A stretch of 64,000 nt of DNA, taken from positions 5,518 to 69,517 of the forward strand of contig CAYZNF010000006.1 in the NCBI GenBank assembly GCA_964479725.1. The letters run 5' to 3'. Position 1 is the stretch's first letter, and each line of letters starts with the position of its first letter. Of the stretch, positions 33,766 to 42,927 are shown piece after piece. Origin of the DNA: an uncultured Candidatus Saccharibacteria bacterium (GTDB lineage: Bacteria; Patescibacteriota; Minisyncoccia; Minisyncoccales; UBA10102). The notes under the pieces were generated by a model. The model made no database searches, was not told the DNA's origin, and worked only from the letters and a program-made list of their open reading frames with translations. The position numbers and the translations under genes are program-made.

Positions 33766-33794
33766 TTGACATCTTGGGACGGGAGAATTACAAT
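33766..33794 (+). promoter_or_regulatory. Consensus sigma70-type promoter upstream of the hydrogenase-like operon
   Basis: TTGACA-17 nt-TACAAT (ttgacatcttgggacgggagaattacaat), 52 nt upstream of ATG 33846. Confidence 0.6.
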
Positions 33795-33845
33795 AGTGGC
33801 GGATAATGTGCGGTTTGTGTAAGGAAATTTGCGCCATAGGCGCGT

Positions 33846-34400
33846 ATGTTTCAACTTTTAAAGAAAATAGCCACTACCCCAAAAACTGTAATTCCAAGAA
33901 GTTCTTTTGCTGTTTCCCCTAATGGCGAGCTCGATAAGCTTGGGGGACAGCTTCAAACGGCCGTAAACAAATGGTTTAAGGGTTCCCTGGCAATTAGGGA
34001 AGTGGACGCGGGGTCTACCAACGCCTGTGAGCAGGAATTGGTGGCCCTATCAAACTCTTTTTATGATATAGAGCGGTTTGGCATACACTTTGTGGCTTCT
34101 CCCAGGCACGCTGATATATTGTTTGTTACTGGGCCTGTTTCGCGCAATATGGCATATGCCCTGCGCAGCGCTTACGAAGCGACTCCCACTCCGAAAATAG
34201 TGGTGGCGGTAGGGGATGATGCCATTTCCGGAGGAATTTTTAAAGGTTCTTATGCCGTTTTAGACGGTGTTGCAAGCGTGATTCCTGTTGATTTTGAAAT
34301 TTCGGGAGATCCTCCATCGCCCGCAGATGTTCTGCGCGCGCTTGTTTCTATAGTTGAAAAAATCGGCGAAGAAAAGAGTCGTGTCAAAAAACACTCTTGA
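33846..34400 (+). CDS. NuoB/HycG/MbhJ-like small subunit with 3 of 4 Fe-S cysteine ligands substituted (Ehr-type)
   Basis: IREVDAGSTNACEQEL...ERFGIHFVASPRHADILFVTGPVSRNM...VAVGDDAISGGIF...VIPVDFEISGDPPSP aligns with the recalled HycG sequence VDCGGCNGCEIE...GACGNSGG...IPGCPPTP. Ligand positions read T, C, D, D. Confidence 0.8.
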   Translation: MFQLLKKIATTPKTVIPRSSFAVSPNGELDKLGGQLQTAVNKWFKGSLAIREVDAGSTNACEQELVALSNSFYDIERFGIHFVASPRHADILFVTGPVSRNMAYALRSAYEATPTPKIVVAVGDDAISGGIFKGSYAVLDGVASVIPVDFEISGDPPSPADVLRALVSIVEKIGEEKSRVKKHS

Positions 34401-34406
34401 TTATAT

Positions 34407-36464
34407 ATGATAGAGTCTGCCATATTGCAGTACGGTTTTTATCTTGCCATAAGTCTTTTTGCCCTAGGCGCTTTGGGAGCGCTTATTTTTGGGCGTTTTG
34501 GAGAGGGGAAAATAGCAAATTGGGTTACTCACGGACTGGCGGCGGCGGGAGCTTCTATAGGCCTGATATTCGGAGTCGTGGTCCTTCTTTCCCGTGAAAC
34601 GCTTTCTATCACTCTGCCGGTGTCTTTGTCATTCTTGTCGTCATTCATTAATCTGCGCGTGGATGCTTTATCGGCCTTCTTTATTATTACGATTTCTTTG
34701 ATTTCTTTGGTTGCTTCTTTGTATGGTTTGGGGTATCAACGCCAATTCTACGGCAAATATAACCTGGGGATTTTCGGATTCTTTTACGGTTTGTTTTTAG
34801 CGAGCCTTTTGTGCGTGGTTACTTTCAATAACGGTTTCTACTTTATGATTGCGTGGGAAGTGATGGCTCTGGCGTCCTATTGCCTGGTTATTTTTGAGCA
34901 TCGGCAAGAAAAAAACGTCCGAGCCGGTTTCCTGTATTTTGTAATGTCGCAAGCCGGAACAGCGTTTATTTTGATTGCTTTTTTGCTTTTGTATCGCTGG
35001 ACAGGTTCTTTTAGTTTTGATGTTTGGCGCCAGGAATTCGCAAGTTTATCTGTATTGTCGCAAAACATTGTGTTGTCTGTGGCCCTTGTGGGTTTTGGCA
35101 TGAAAGCAGGTATTATTCCTCTGCATGTTTGGCTTCCCGAAGCACATCCCGCGGCTCCCTCGCATGTTTCCGCATTAATGTCGGGGGTCATGATCAAAAC
35201 AGCTATTTTTATGCTTATCCGTTTCTTTTTTGATTTTTCGGGAAATGTTTCGGTGTCATGGGGCCTTATAATCCTTGTGTTAGGATCAATTTCCGCGCTT
35301 TTGGGCGTTTTGTACGCCCTAGCCGAGCATGACTTAAAGCGGTTGCTGGCGTACCATAGCGTAGAAAATATTGGCATTATTTTACTTGGGTTGGGCAGCG
35401 CGATCGTGTTCGCGGGAATGGGCTTTATGTCGCTTGCTTTTTTGGGTATGGCCGCCGCGTTATACCATACGTTAAACCACGCCGTGTTTAAGGCCCTGCT
35501 GTTTCTTGGAGCCGGGTCTGTCATTTCTCAAACTCACACCCATTCTATTGAAGAATACGGAGGTTTGTTGCGGCGCATGCCATACACCGGATTCTTCTTT
35601 CTTGTGGGGGCTGTTGCCATATCCGCTTTGCCGCCTTTGAATGGGTTTGCCAGCGAATGGATGACTTTTCAAGCGCTTTTTGCGGGCCTTGGGGAGGGTG
35701 AACTGATGATAAAGAGCGCTTTCATTTTTGCTATTGTATCGCTTGCGTTGGCGGGCGGTTTGGCGGCTGCTTGCTTTGTGAAGGCATTTGGAGCTACATT
35801 TCTGGCTAAGCCTCGCAGCGAGGCGAGCGGCAAAGCAAAAGAATCTTCAGCTCCGCTTTTGATTGCTATGGGTATTCTAGCCGCCGTGTCATTGGTTTTA
35901 GGTCTTGGCGCGGGCATGGTAGTTCCTTTACTGACTCAAGTGGCGCAAAGCATTAAGCTGGGTTCGGTATCTATGCATGCTCCCGCAGTTTTGGCTAGCG
36001 ACGTACAGGTTGGAGAGGGTTTTGCCGCGCTTTCTATGCCGGCGGTCGCTGTTGGCATTGTTGCCTTGGCTGGCGCGGTATTTTTGGCAATAAAGTTATT
36101 CACAAGCAAGCGCAAGGAGGAAGTGCGCCAGACCTGGGATTGCGGAGCTGTCCGCACGCCTCGCATGGAAATCACCGCCACAAGTTTTTCTCGATCGCTT
36201 ATCGCAATTTTTCGCGGCATTTTAAAGCCCACGAAACAGACGGATATTCATTATCAGGATGCCGCGAGCAGGTATTTTACAAAGTCAAAAAAGGTGATTA
36301 TCGAACTGCCCAACGTATACGGCAAATATATGTATGATCCCATAGGTGATGTTTTGGTAAGAATTTCTGAATGGACAAAAAAAGTGCAGGGAGGCAATGT
36401 TAACATCTATTTGCTTTATATTTTTGTAACATTGATAGGATTGCTTATATTCGCTACATTCTAG
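34407..36464 (+). CDS. NuoL/HyfB/MbhH-like antiporter-type membrane subunit
   Basis: 685 aa, polytopic. Proton-antiporter-family motifs WEVMALASYCLV, GIIPLHVWLPEAHPAAPSHVSALMSGVMIK, LAYHSVENIG. Confidence 0.8.
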   Translation: MIESAILQYGFYLAISLFALGALGALIFGRFGEGKIANWVTHGLAAAGASIGLIFGVVVLLSRETLSITLPVSLSFLSSFINLRVDALSAFFIITISLISLVASLYGLGYQRQFYGKYNLGIFGFFYGLFLASLLCVVTFNNGFYFMIAWEVMALASYCLVIFEHRQEKNVRAGFLYFVMSQAGTAFILIAFLLLYRWTGSFSFDVWRQEFASLSVLSQNIVLSVALVGFGMKAGIIPLHVWLPEAHPAAPSHVSALMSGVMIKTAIFMLIRFFFDFSGNVSVSWGLIILVLGSISALLGVLYALAEHDLKRLLAYHSVENIGIILLGLGSAIVFAGMGFMSLAFLGMAAALYHTLNHAVFKALLFLGAGSVISQTHTHSIEEYGGLLRRMPYTGFFFLVGAVAISALPPLNGFASEWMTFQALFAGLGEGELMIKSAFIFAIVSLALAGGLAAACFVKAFGATFLAKPRSEASGKAKESSAPLLIAMGILAAVSLVLGLGAGMVVPLLTQVAQSIKLGSVSMHAPAVLASDVQVGEGFAALSMPAVAVGIVALAGAVFLAIKLFTSKRKEEVRQTWDCGAVRTPRMEITATSFSRSLIAIFRGILKPTKQTDIHYQDAASRYFTKSKKVIIELPNVYGKYMYDPIGDVLVRISEWTKKVQGGNVNIYLLYIFVTLIGLLIFATF

Positions 36465-36475
36465 GTGCATTCACT

Positions 36476-37408
36476 ATGACTGCTATAACTTTTTCCATTA
36501 TCCAGGCGTTGCTTCTTTCGGCGCTTTCTCCGTTGCTGATTGGAGTCATACGCAAAATCAAGGCAAGAATGCAAAATAGGGTGGGAGCCAGCGTGTTTCA
36601 GCCGTATCGCGATATCATTAAGCTGCTGCACAAAGACGAAATAATTTCGGAGGAAGCTTCGTGGATTTTTCGTTTTGCCCCTTATTTGATTTTTACCAGT
36701 ACCTTGCTTGTTAGCATGGGAATTCCCATTTTGACGACCTTAACCGTTTTTGCTCCTGCCGCGGATTTTCTGGTGTTCATATATGTCATAGCTTTGGGGA
36801 CTTTTTTCCTTGCACTTGCCGGCATGGACACAGGAAGCTCTTTTGGCGGGTTTGGCTCAAGCCGTGAAATGACCGTAGCGGCTTTGGCGGAAGCCGGATT
36901 ATTGTTTTCCTTGCTTTCGGTTGCTTTGATCGCGCATTCGACTAATTTTGGCCAAATAGTCGCGAATATTCAGTTGCTGCCTCTGGTCAGTCTGGTACCC
37001 GTTTTTATAGCTTTCGTAGCATTCTTGATTGCTCTGGTTGCCGAGACCAGCAGAATGCCCATAGATAATCCGTCCACGCATTTGGAGCTTACGATGATCC
37101 ACGAAGCAATGATATTGGAGTATTCGGGCAAGCGCCTGGCGCTCATAGAATGGGCAGCTTCGAACAAACTCTTGATTTTTGTCGCGCTTGCCGCCAATCT
37201 GTTTTTCCCATGGGGGATAGCGCAGGATTTCTCTCTTCAGGCCCTTATGCTGGCTTTTGCTATTTTCGCGGTTAAAGTTTTCCTGATCGGAGGCGGAATA
37301 GCCTTTGTCGAGTCGGTCATTGCCAAACTTCGTTTCTTTCGTATTCCGGACTTGCTGCTGACTTCCCTGGTCCTGGGAATCATTGCCATAGGAATAATCA
37401 TGATGTAA
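36476..37408 (+). CDS. NuoH/HyfC/HycD-like membrane subunit
   Basis: 310 aa. RKIKARMQNRVGASVFQPYRDIIKLL N-terminus and ETSRMPIDNPSTHLELTMIHEAMILEYSG are typical of NuoH/HycD. Confidence 0.8.
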   Translation: MTAITFSIIQALLLSALSPLLIGVIRKIKARMQNRVGASVFQPYRDIIKLLHKDEIISEEASWIFRFAPYLIFTSTLLVSMGIPILTTLTVFAPAADFLVFIYVIALGTFFLALAGMDTGSSFGGFGSSREMTVAALAEAGLLFSLLSVALIAHSTNFGQIVANIQLLPLVSLVPVFIAFVAFLIALVAETSRMPIDNPSTHLELTMIHEAMILEYSGKRLALIEWAASNKLLIFVALAANLFFPWGIAQDFSLQALMLAFAIFAVKVFLIGGGIAFVESVIAKLRFFRIPDLLLTSLVLGIIAIGIIMM

Positions 37409-37411
37409 ATT

Positions 37412-38074
37412 ATGTCTATTTTTTTGTCGCCAATCTTTTTGAGCATTCCGATCATCGCGTTTCTTTCGGTAATTTTTATGAATTTAGCGCGCAGAAACGA
37501 AGTGCTGATCAATCTTTATATTCTGCAGTCTTTAGCCGTATTTTTGGGCTTGCTAAAAATGGCATTCCAGCACGCGGAAATAAGCCTTATCCTTGTTGCG
37601 GCTTTGACTATTGTCGTGAAAGGAGTTGCCGCGCCTATGTTTTTTTATCATCTTGTGAAGAAACAGAAAGTGCAAAGCAGCGCTACCGCGTATTTGAGCA
37701 CGCCCCTTACGCTTTTGGTGCTTATGGGCTTGACCGTCTTTGCGTATTCAAAACAGTTTGATTCCGTTGCTTTTCTGGCGGGGAACGGTTTAGGAGCTTA
37801 TCTGCCTCTTGTTTTCAGCAGTATTCTGATTTCATTGGTGCTGATTATCAACCGAAAAGGGGCATTTTCGCAGATTATCGGCATACTTTCATTGGAAAAC
37901 AGCATAGTTCTGCTAGCCTCTTTTATAGGGCTGCAGTACCCAATTTCTTTGGAGCTCGGCATTCTGTTCGATATAGCCGTGTGGGTCGTTGTTGCCACGG
38001 TGTTTATCGCGCTTTTGCATAAGCATTTTGGGTCGCTTAATGTTACCGACATGAAACGGCTTAAGGAAGAGTAA
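37412..38074 (+). CDS. HyfE/NuoK-like small membrane subunit
   Basis: 220 aa, about 7 hydrophobic helices, positioned as in hyf operons. GILSLENSIVLLA resembles HyfE. Confidence 0.6.
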   Translation: MSIFLSPIFLSIPIIAFLSVIFMNLARRNEVLINLYILQSLAVFLGLLKMAFQHAEISLILVAALTIVVKGVAAPMFFYHLVKKQKVQSSATAYLSTPLTLLVLMGLTVFAYSKQFDSVAFLAGNGLGAYLPLVFSSILISLVLIINRKGAFSQIIGILSLENSIVLLASFIGLQYPISLELGILFDIAVWVVVATVFIALLHKHFGSLNVTDMKRLKEE

Positions 38075-38078
38075 TAGT

Positions 38079-39530
38079 ATGCTTATTCTTCTTATTTTTT
38101 TTATTCCATTAGCTGCCGCTTTTCTGTCGCTTTTAGCGCCGCGCGGCAAGAAGAATTGGCTGGAGATAGGCTCTTTGCTCGCTTCTTTGGGAGAGATGGG
38201 AGTAGTGTTTATTATAGCCAAAGAGGTTTTGATATCGGGCAATTATCCTGTTTTTTCCATTTTTGAGATAGACGCTTTAAGTTTGCTTTTTATCGCGCTG
38301 ATCAGTTTGGTAGGATTTGTGGCGGTGATGTATTCTATAGGGTATTTGAGGGAAGAGGTGAAAAAAGAAATTATCGGATTTCGCAGGGTAAGGCAGTATT
38401 TTGTCCTGCTGCATCTTTTTATTTTCGCGATGCTTGTTGCCGTATGCGCGCACCATCCTATCGTCATGTGGCTTGCCATTGAAGCTACCACCCTTTCAAC
38501 GGCATTCTTGATAAGTTTTTACGGCAAGCCTTCTACCATTGAAGCCGCGTGGAAATATTTAATCTTGAATTCCGTGGGTTTGCTGCTTGGTTTTCTCGGC
38601 ACGCTTATTTTTTTGGTTTCCGCTAATGAAGCGGGAGGCGAACATGTATTTTTAGACTGGCAGGCATTGCGCGACGCGGCTCCTTTTATTTCTTCTCTTG
38701 CGGCAAAGGTGGGTTTTGTGTTCGTATTGATTGGATACGGCACAAAAGTCGGACTAGCCCCAATGCATACCTGGAAGCCCGACGCATACGACAAAGCTCC
38801 CGTTCCAATTGCGGCGCTCTTGTCGGGAGTATTGCTGAACGTGGCATTTCTCTCGATTCTGCGCTTTAAAGCAGTGGTGGACGATGTTTTGGGATCCTCA
38901 TTTTCCAGCCTTCTCCTTATCTTTTTTGGCATTGTCTCAATTTGCGTGGCGATGCTGCTTATTTTTGGGCAGAAGAATTATAAGCGTCTTCTGGCATATT
39001 CCAGTATTGAGCATGCGGGAATCATGGCTATAGGATTCGGAATTGGCGGGGCGGCGGCATTTTTTGCTCTTTTGCACATGTTATATCACGCGCTTTCAAA
39101 GTCATTGCTATTTTTTGCCGCAGGCAATATATTCCTTAAATACAGTTCGGCGAATATTGCCAAGATCAAAGGAGCCCATAGCGTTTTGCCCATTACGAGT
39201 CTGGTGTTTATAGGAGGAGCCTTGGGGCTTCTTGGCCTGCCTCCTTTTGGAATATTTTTGACAAAATTTGGAATATTGGCAAGCGCTATTGAAGAGTATC
39301 CCATAGTTGCTGTTTTTCTGGTTTTCGCGCTTGCCTTGATATTTATCGGATTTTTGCGGCATATTTCAGAGATGTTTTTCGGTGTATCGCCAGAAGGCAC
39401 GCAAAAAGGGGAAGCGAATCTTTGGACGCTTGTGCCTTTGCTGTGTTTGGCGGCGTTATTTATTCTGTTAAGTTTATTCATGCCTTCAATGCTCAAAACA
39501 ATGCTACTTGACGGAGCCGTCTTGATTTAA
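38079..39530 (+). CDS. NuoN/NuoM/HyfF-like antiporter-type membrane subunit
   Basis: 483 aa. WLAIEATTLSTAFLI, GLAPMHTWKPDAYDKAPVPIAALLSGVLLN and LLAYSSIEHAG motifs. Confidence 0.8.
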   Translation: MLILLIFFIPLAAAFLSLLAPRGKKNWLEIGSLLASLGEMGVVFIIAKEVLISGNYPVFSIFEIDALSLLFIALISLVGFVAVMYSIGYLREEVKKEIIGFRRVRQYFVLLHLFIFAMLVAVCAHHPIVMWLAIEATTLSTAFLISFYGKPSTIEAAWKYLILNSVGLLLGFLGTLIFLVSANEAGGEHVFLDWQALRDAAPFISSLAAKVGFVFVLIGYGTKVGLAPMHTWKPDAYDKAPVPIAALLSGVLLNVAFLSILRFKAVVDDVLGSSFSSLLLIFFGIVSICVAMLLIFGQKNYKRLLAYSSIEHAGIMAIGFGIGGAAAFFALLHMLYHALSKSLLFFAAGNIFLKYSSANIAKIKGAHSVLPITSLVFIGGALGLLGLPPFGIFLTKFGILASAIEEYPIVAVFLVFALALIFIGFLRHISEMFFGVSPEGTQKGEANLWTLVPLLCLAALFILLSLFMPSMLKTMLLDGAVLI

Positions 39531-39549
39531 TAAATCTTATATCATATCT

Positions 39550-41118
39550 ATGAATATCGAAGAAATCATTTCGGCATATATTCCTTCAAAAACAGCCATC
39601 CAAAAAGAGGGAAATATGATTTTGTTCCCTATTTTACCCAAGGATATCGAACGAGTATGCCTGTCTTTTTACAATCAATATCACTTGCCGCTAAAGACCG
39701 CAGCGGCAACAGACGACAGAAAGAAAGATGGTTTTTTTCGAGTTTTCTATGTATTTGGCGTGCCGGGAAGCCAGTTGTTTGTAGCTCCTTTTATTGCCCT
39801 GAAGGAAGGGGAGTCTTTTCCTTCTCTTGCGACCAAAATCCATCAGCTTTCCTGGTATGAAAGGGAGATAAAGACATTTTTTGGCATAAACCCGGAAGGG
39901 CATCCCGATCCCAGGCCGATTATTTTGCACGAAAATTGGCCCGGCAATGTTTACCCTTTGCGTAAGGATTTTGATTGGCAGTATCGTCCGCCCAAGGCGC
40001 GCGCTTCTTATCCGTTTCAACGGGTGGAAGGTGAGGGTGTGTATGAAATTCCGGTGGGGCCGGTGCACGCCGGTATTATAGAGCCTGGCCATTTTCGTTT
40101 TAGCGTGGTGGGAGAAGAAATCGTTTCTCTCGAAGCTCGTTTGGGCTATACGCATAAGGGCATAGAAAAACTTTTTGAAGTATTGCCCTTTGAAAAGAAA
40201 GTAATGCTTTCGGAAAGGGTTTCGGGCGACAGTTCTTTCTCCCATTCCTTGGCGTATTGCCAGGCAGTGGAAAAGCTCGGCGATGCGGAGGTTCCCAAAA
40301 AAGCTCTTTATTTGAGGGTTATATATGCTGAACTTGAAAGAATCGCCAATCACTTAGGCGATATCGGAGCTATTATGATGGATACTGCTTTTGCGTTTGG
40401 CGGAAGCAACGGGGCCAGATTGCGGGAAATAGTCATGCAATGGAACGAAAAGCTTACCGGAAGCCGTTTTTTGCGCGGAGTGAATACGGTGGGCGGAGTA
40501 ACGAAAGATATTCCGTCTGAAATCAAGCAGGATTTCAAAGCCAGCCTAGCCGCCCTGGAAAAAGATTTTAAAGAAGTTATTGAAATAGCTGAAGGCACCG
40601 CTACCTTGATGAACAGGTTGCATGGAACCGGTTCCATAGATCGCACCGTTGCTTTGGATCATGGGATATTGGGGGTAGCTGGAAAAGCAGTGGGTATAGC
40701 GCAGGATACTCGCATAGACTTTCCTTACGCCGCCTATAAAGAAATGCCCCTTCGCATGGCTTTAGAGTCAAGCGGGGATGTGTATGCCCGTTTTAAGGTT
40801 CGAATAAGCGAAGTTTTGAATTCTATCGAAATCATACGGCATGCTTTGCGCACCATGCCAAACGGGGATATTTGCACGCTTTCGTTGCCTCGGCTAAAAA
40901 AGCAAAGCTTTGCTTTCAGCCTTGTAGAGGGATGGAGGGGGGATATTGCGTACTTTGTAGCCACGGATGAACAGGGAACGATAACGCGATGTAAGGTGCG
41001 CGATACGTCATTTTTGAATTGGGCTATTATGGGATACGCCGTAACTAATGATGTGGTTCCCGATTTTCCTTTGATCAACAAAAGTTTCAACCTGTCGTAT
41101 TCCGGAAACGATTTATAG
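39550..41118 (+). CDS. NuoC+NuoD / HycE/HyfG-like large subunit lacking all four NiFe cysteine ligands (Ehr-type)
   Basis: NuoC-like N-terminus (SWYEREIKTFFGINPEGHPDPRPIILHENWP..YPLRKDF). GPVHAGIIEPGHFRFSVVGEEIVSLEARLGYTHKGIEKLFE is present. The L1 position reads SERVSGDSSFSHS (expected RxCGxCxxxH). The C-terminus reads FNLSYSGNDL* (expected DPCxxCxxR). Confidence 0.85.
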   Translation: MNIEEIISAYIPSKTAIQKEGNMILFPILPKDIERVCLSFYNQYHLPLKTAAATDDRKKDGFFRVFYVFGVPGSQLFVAPFIALKEGESFPSLATKIHQLSWYEREIKTFFGINPEGHPDPRPIILHENWPGNVYPLRKDFDWQYRPPKARASYPFQRVEGEGVYEIPVGPVHAGIIEPGHFRFSVVGEEIVSLEARLGYTHKGIEKLFEVLPFEKKVMLSERVSGDSSFSHSLAYCQAVEKLGDAEVPKKALYLRVIYAELERIANHLGDIGAIMMDTAFAFGGSNGARLREIVMQWNEKLTGSRFLRGVNTVGGVTKDIPSEIKQDFKASLAALEKDFKEVIEIAEGTATLMNRLHGTGSIDRTVALDHGILGVAGKAVGIAQDTRIDFPYAAYKEMPLRMALESSGDVYARFKVRISEVLNSIEIIRHALRTMPNGDICTLSLPRLKKQSFAFSLVEGWRGDIAYFVATDEQGTITRCKVRDTSFLNWAIMGYAVTNDVVPDFPLINKSFNLSYSGNDL

Positions 41119-41129
41119 GCCGATTTACC

Positions 41130-41882
41130 CTAGCCTCGCGCCGCGACAATTCCAAAAATCCTAAAAGCTCCAGCCTTCTTGAGAACTTTTGCGCATTCGC
41201 GGAGCGTACTGCCGGTTGTATATACATCATCCACAAGCAGGATGTTTTTGTTTTTTACCGAAGAGGGAGAAATTACCCGGAAAGCATCTTTTACATTTGT
41301 CTTGCGTTCTTTTTCCGATAGTTCAGCTTGAGCGAGAGTTGCTTTTGTTTTTACGAGCAGATTTGCCGCAAGGGGTATGGCAAGGCCCAAAGAAAGCTCT
41401 TTTGCCAAGAGTTCCGCGTGGTTAAATCCGCGCCAGCGCAATCTTTTTTTGTGCAATGGGACCGGAACGAGGAGATATTCTGATGTTTTGATTGTATTTG
41501 TTTTTGCGGCAGAGAATATCGGCAGTATTGGTTTGTCCGCAAGCATGAGATGGGATATAATAAGAAAAGCCAAAGAAGAAGAAAGATCTTTGATGAAGGG
41601 TTCGTACTTGTATTTCTTGATTGTCCGCTGTATTAGGGACTCTGTGTAAGAAGCGGCGTAAAATAATCCCGACAGATCGTGATTGCTGCCGAAAAATTGG
41701 GGAATTCGATTGATGGGAATAAGAGCCAAACAGTCGTTGCAGAAAAATGTCGATTCTTTTTGGCATGAAATGCAATGTTTCGGGAAAAAGAGATCGGCAA
41801 GAGCTGTTAATACTGTAAATTTCATTAAGCCATTGTAATCCCTTTGTGGTATAATAGACAATGATTTTTCAGTCGTTTCCAT
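41130..41882 (-). CDS. comFC: ComF-family protein (ComFC, phosphoribosyltransferase-like competence protein)
   Basis: N-terminal Zn-finger-like CISCQKESTFFCNDC and PRTase motif ILLVDDVYTTGSTLRECAKVL. The start is probably the internal Met at 41825, since the longer model overlaps pilM. Confidence 0.75.
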   Translation of the reverse strand: METTEKSLSIIPQRDYNGLMKFTVLTALADLFFPKHCISCQKESTFFCNDCLALIPINRIPQFFGSNHDLSGLFYAASYTESLIQRTIKKYKYEPFIKDLSSSLAFLIISHLMLADKPILPIFSAAKTNTIKTSEYLLVPVPLHKKRLRWRGFNHAELLAKELSLGLAIPLAANLLVKTKATLAQAELSEKERKTNVKDAFRVISPSSVKNKNILLVDDVYTTGSTLRECAKVLKKAGAFRIFGIVAARG

Positions 41883-42922
41883 TGTTTCCGAAGAGTTATC
41901 TTGGTATTGATATTGGCACCTCTGCGATTAAGCTGGTGGAGCTTTCCGGCTGGACAGAGCGCCGCACCCTTAAAAATTATGGAGAGATAAAAAGCGAAAG
42001 CCTGTATCAAGAGCCTTTTCGCACGTTTGAAAAAAACACTTTATCCCTTTCCAGCGAAGAAATCGCCAAAGCCATTAGGGCAGTCATGGAAGAATCAAAG
42101 ATACATGTCAAGAAAGCCATTTTTTCGATTCCCGACTTTTCCACATTTTTTACTAATTTTGAAATGCCTCCCATGGACAGCAGGGAGCTGGCGGAGGCGG
42201 TGCGTTTTGAGGCAAGGAGGCATGTCCCTGTACCTCTTTCTGAAGTGTCGTATGGCTGGCAAATCATAGAAGGACCCCAAAAAAAGCTTGATCCGTTTAA
42301 GATTCTCATGGTTGCAGTACCCAACGAGTCCATTAACCAATATCAGGAAATCGCGAAGATGGCGGGGGTGGAATTGGCCGGTCTTGAGGCGGAAGTGTTT
42401 GGGATTATCCGTTCATGTTTGCAGAAAGGGGACAGGGGAGTAACTATGCTCTTGGATATTGGCGCGCAAACGACTACAATTAGTGTAGTGGAAAAGGGCA
42501 TGCTCCGTTCTTCAAACAGTGTGGATATAGCGGGCAAGCAGTTTTCGGAGCGTATTGCCTCATCGGGGCGCGTTGATTTTAAGACAGCAGAGGACATGAA
42601 AATAAAGGATGGGCTTTTATTGAAGGTGGGAACTTCCGAAGTTTTGCTTCCCCAAATGGACGCGCTTTTGCAGGAGATGCATAGAATAGCGCAGTCGCAC
42701 AAGACAGACAGCGGCAAAGACGTTGAAAAAGTTGTTGTAGCGGGGGGATCGGCACTGCTTAAGGGAATTAAGGAGTTTTTTGAAAAAGACTTTGTGAAAA
42801 ATGTTTCAATAGCCAGTCCATTCCAGCATGTGTTTTATCCGCCGCTTTTGGAGGAAACCTTAAAAAAATCAGGCCCTGCGTACGCGGTGGCAGTCGGCAT
42901 GGCTCTTCGGGGATTTGAATAA
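41861..42922 (+). CDS. pilM: Type IV pilus assembly protein PilM (actin-like ATPase fold)
   Basis: YLGIDIGTSAIKLVEL, LLDIGAQTTTISVV and VVVAGGSALLKGI are actin/FtsA-like phosphate motifs. It is first in the pil cluster. Confidence 0.8.
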   Translation: MIFQSFPLFPKSYLGIDIGTSAIKLVELSGWTERRTLKNYGEIKSESLYQEPFRTFEKNTLSLSSEEIAKAIRAVMEESKIHVKKAIFSIPDFSTFFTNFEMPPMDSRELAEAVRFEARRHVPVPLSEVSYGWQIIEGPQKKLDPFKILMVAVPNESINQYQEIAKMAGVELAGLEAEVFGIIRSCLQKGDRGVTMLLDIGAQTTTISVVEKGMLRSSNSVDIAGKQFSERIASSGRVDFKTAEDMKIKDGLLLKVGTSEVLLPQMDALLQEMHRIAQSHKTDSGKDVEKVVVAGGSALLKGIKEFFEKDFVKNVSIASPFQHVFYPPLLEETLKKSGPAYAVAVGMALRGFE

Positions 42923-42927
42923 TTACT

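Noticed and set aside
34877-35524. Long antisense ORFs inside well-supported genes (e.g. 34877..35524, 13141..13548, 46694..47326, 50521..51147, 39691..40353, 44904..45413, 51599..52114)
   Set aside because: Each lies opposite a gene with strong family motifs. Their translations are compositionally odd (Arg/Ser/Pro/Cys-rich) and lack motifs, which is typical of shadow ORFs.
33846-41118. Annotation as a functional formate hydrogenlyase / hydrogenase-4 (Hyf)
   Set aside because: The subunit order and homology fit, but the NiFe and most Fe-S cysteine ligands are absent. No HyfA/HyfH/HycF ferredoxin-like, FdhF or maturation genes are nearby, so a catalytically active hydrogenase call is not supported.
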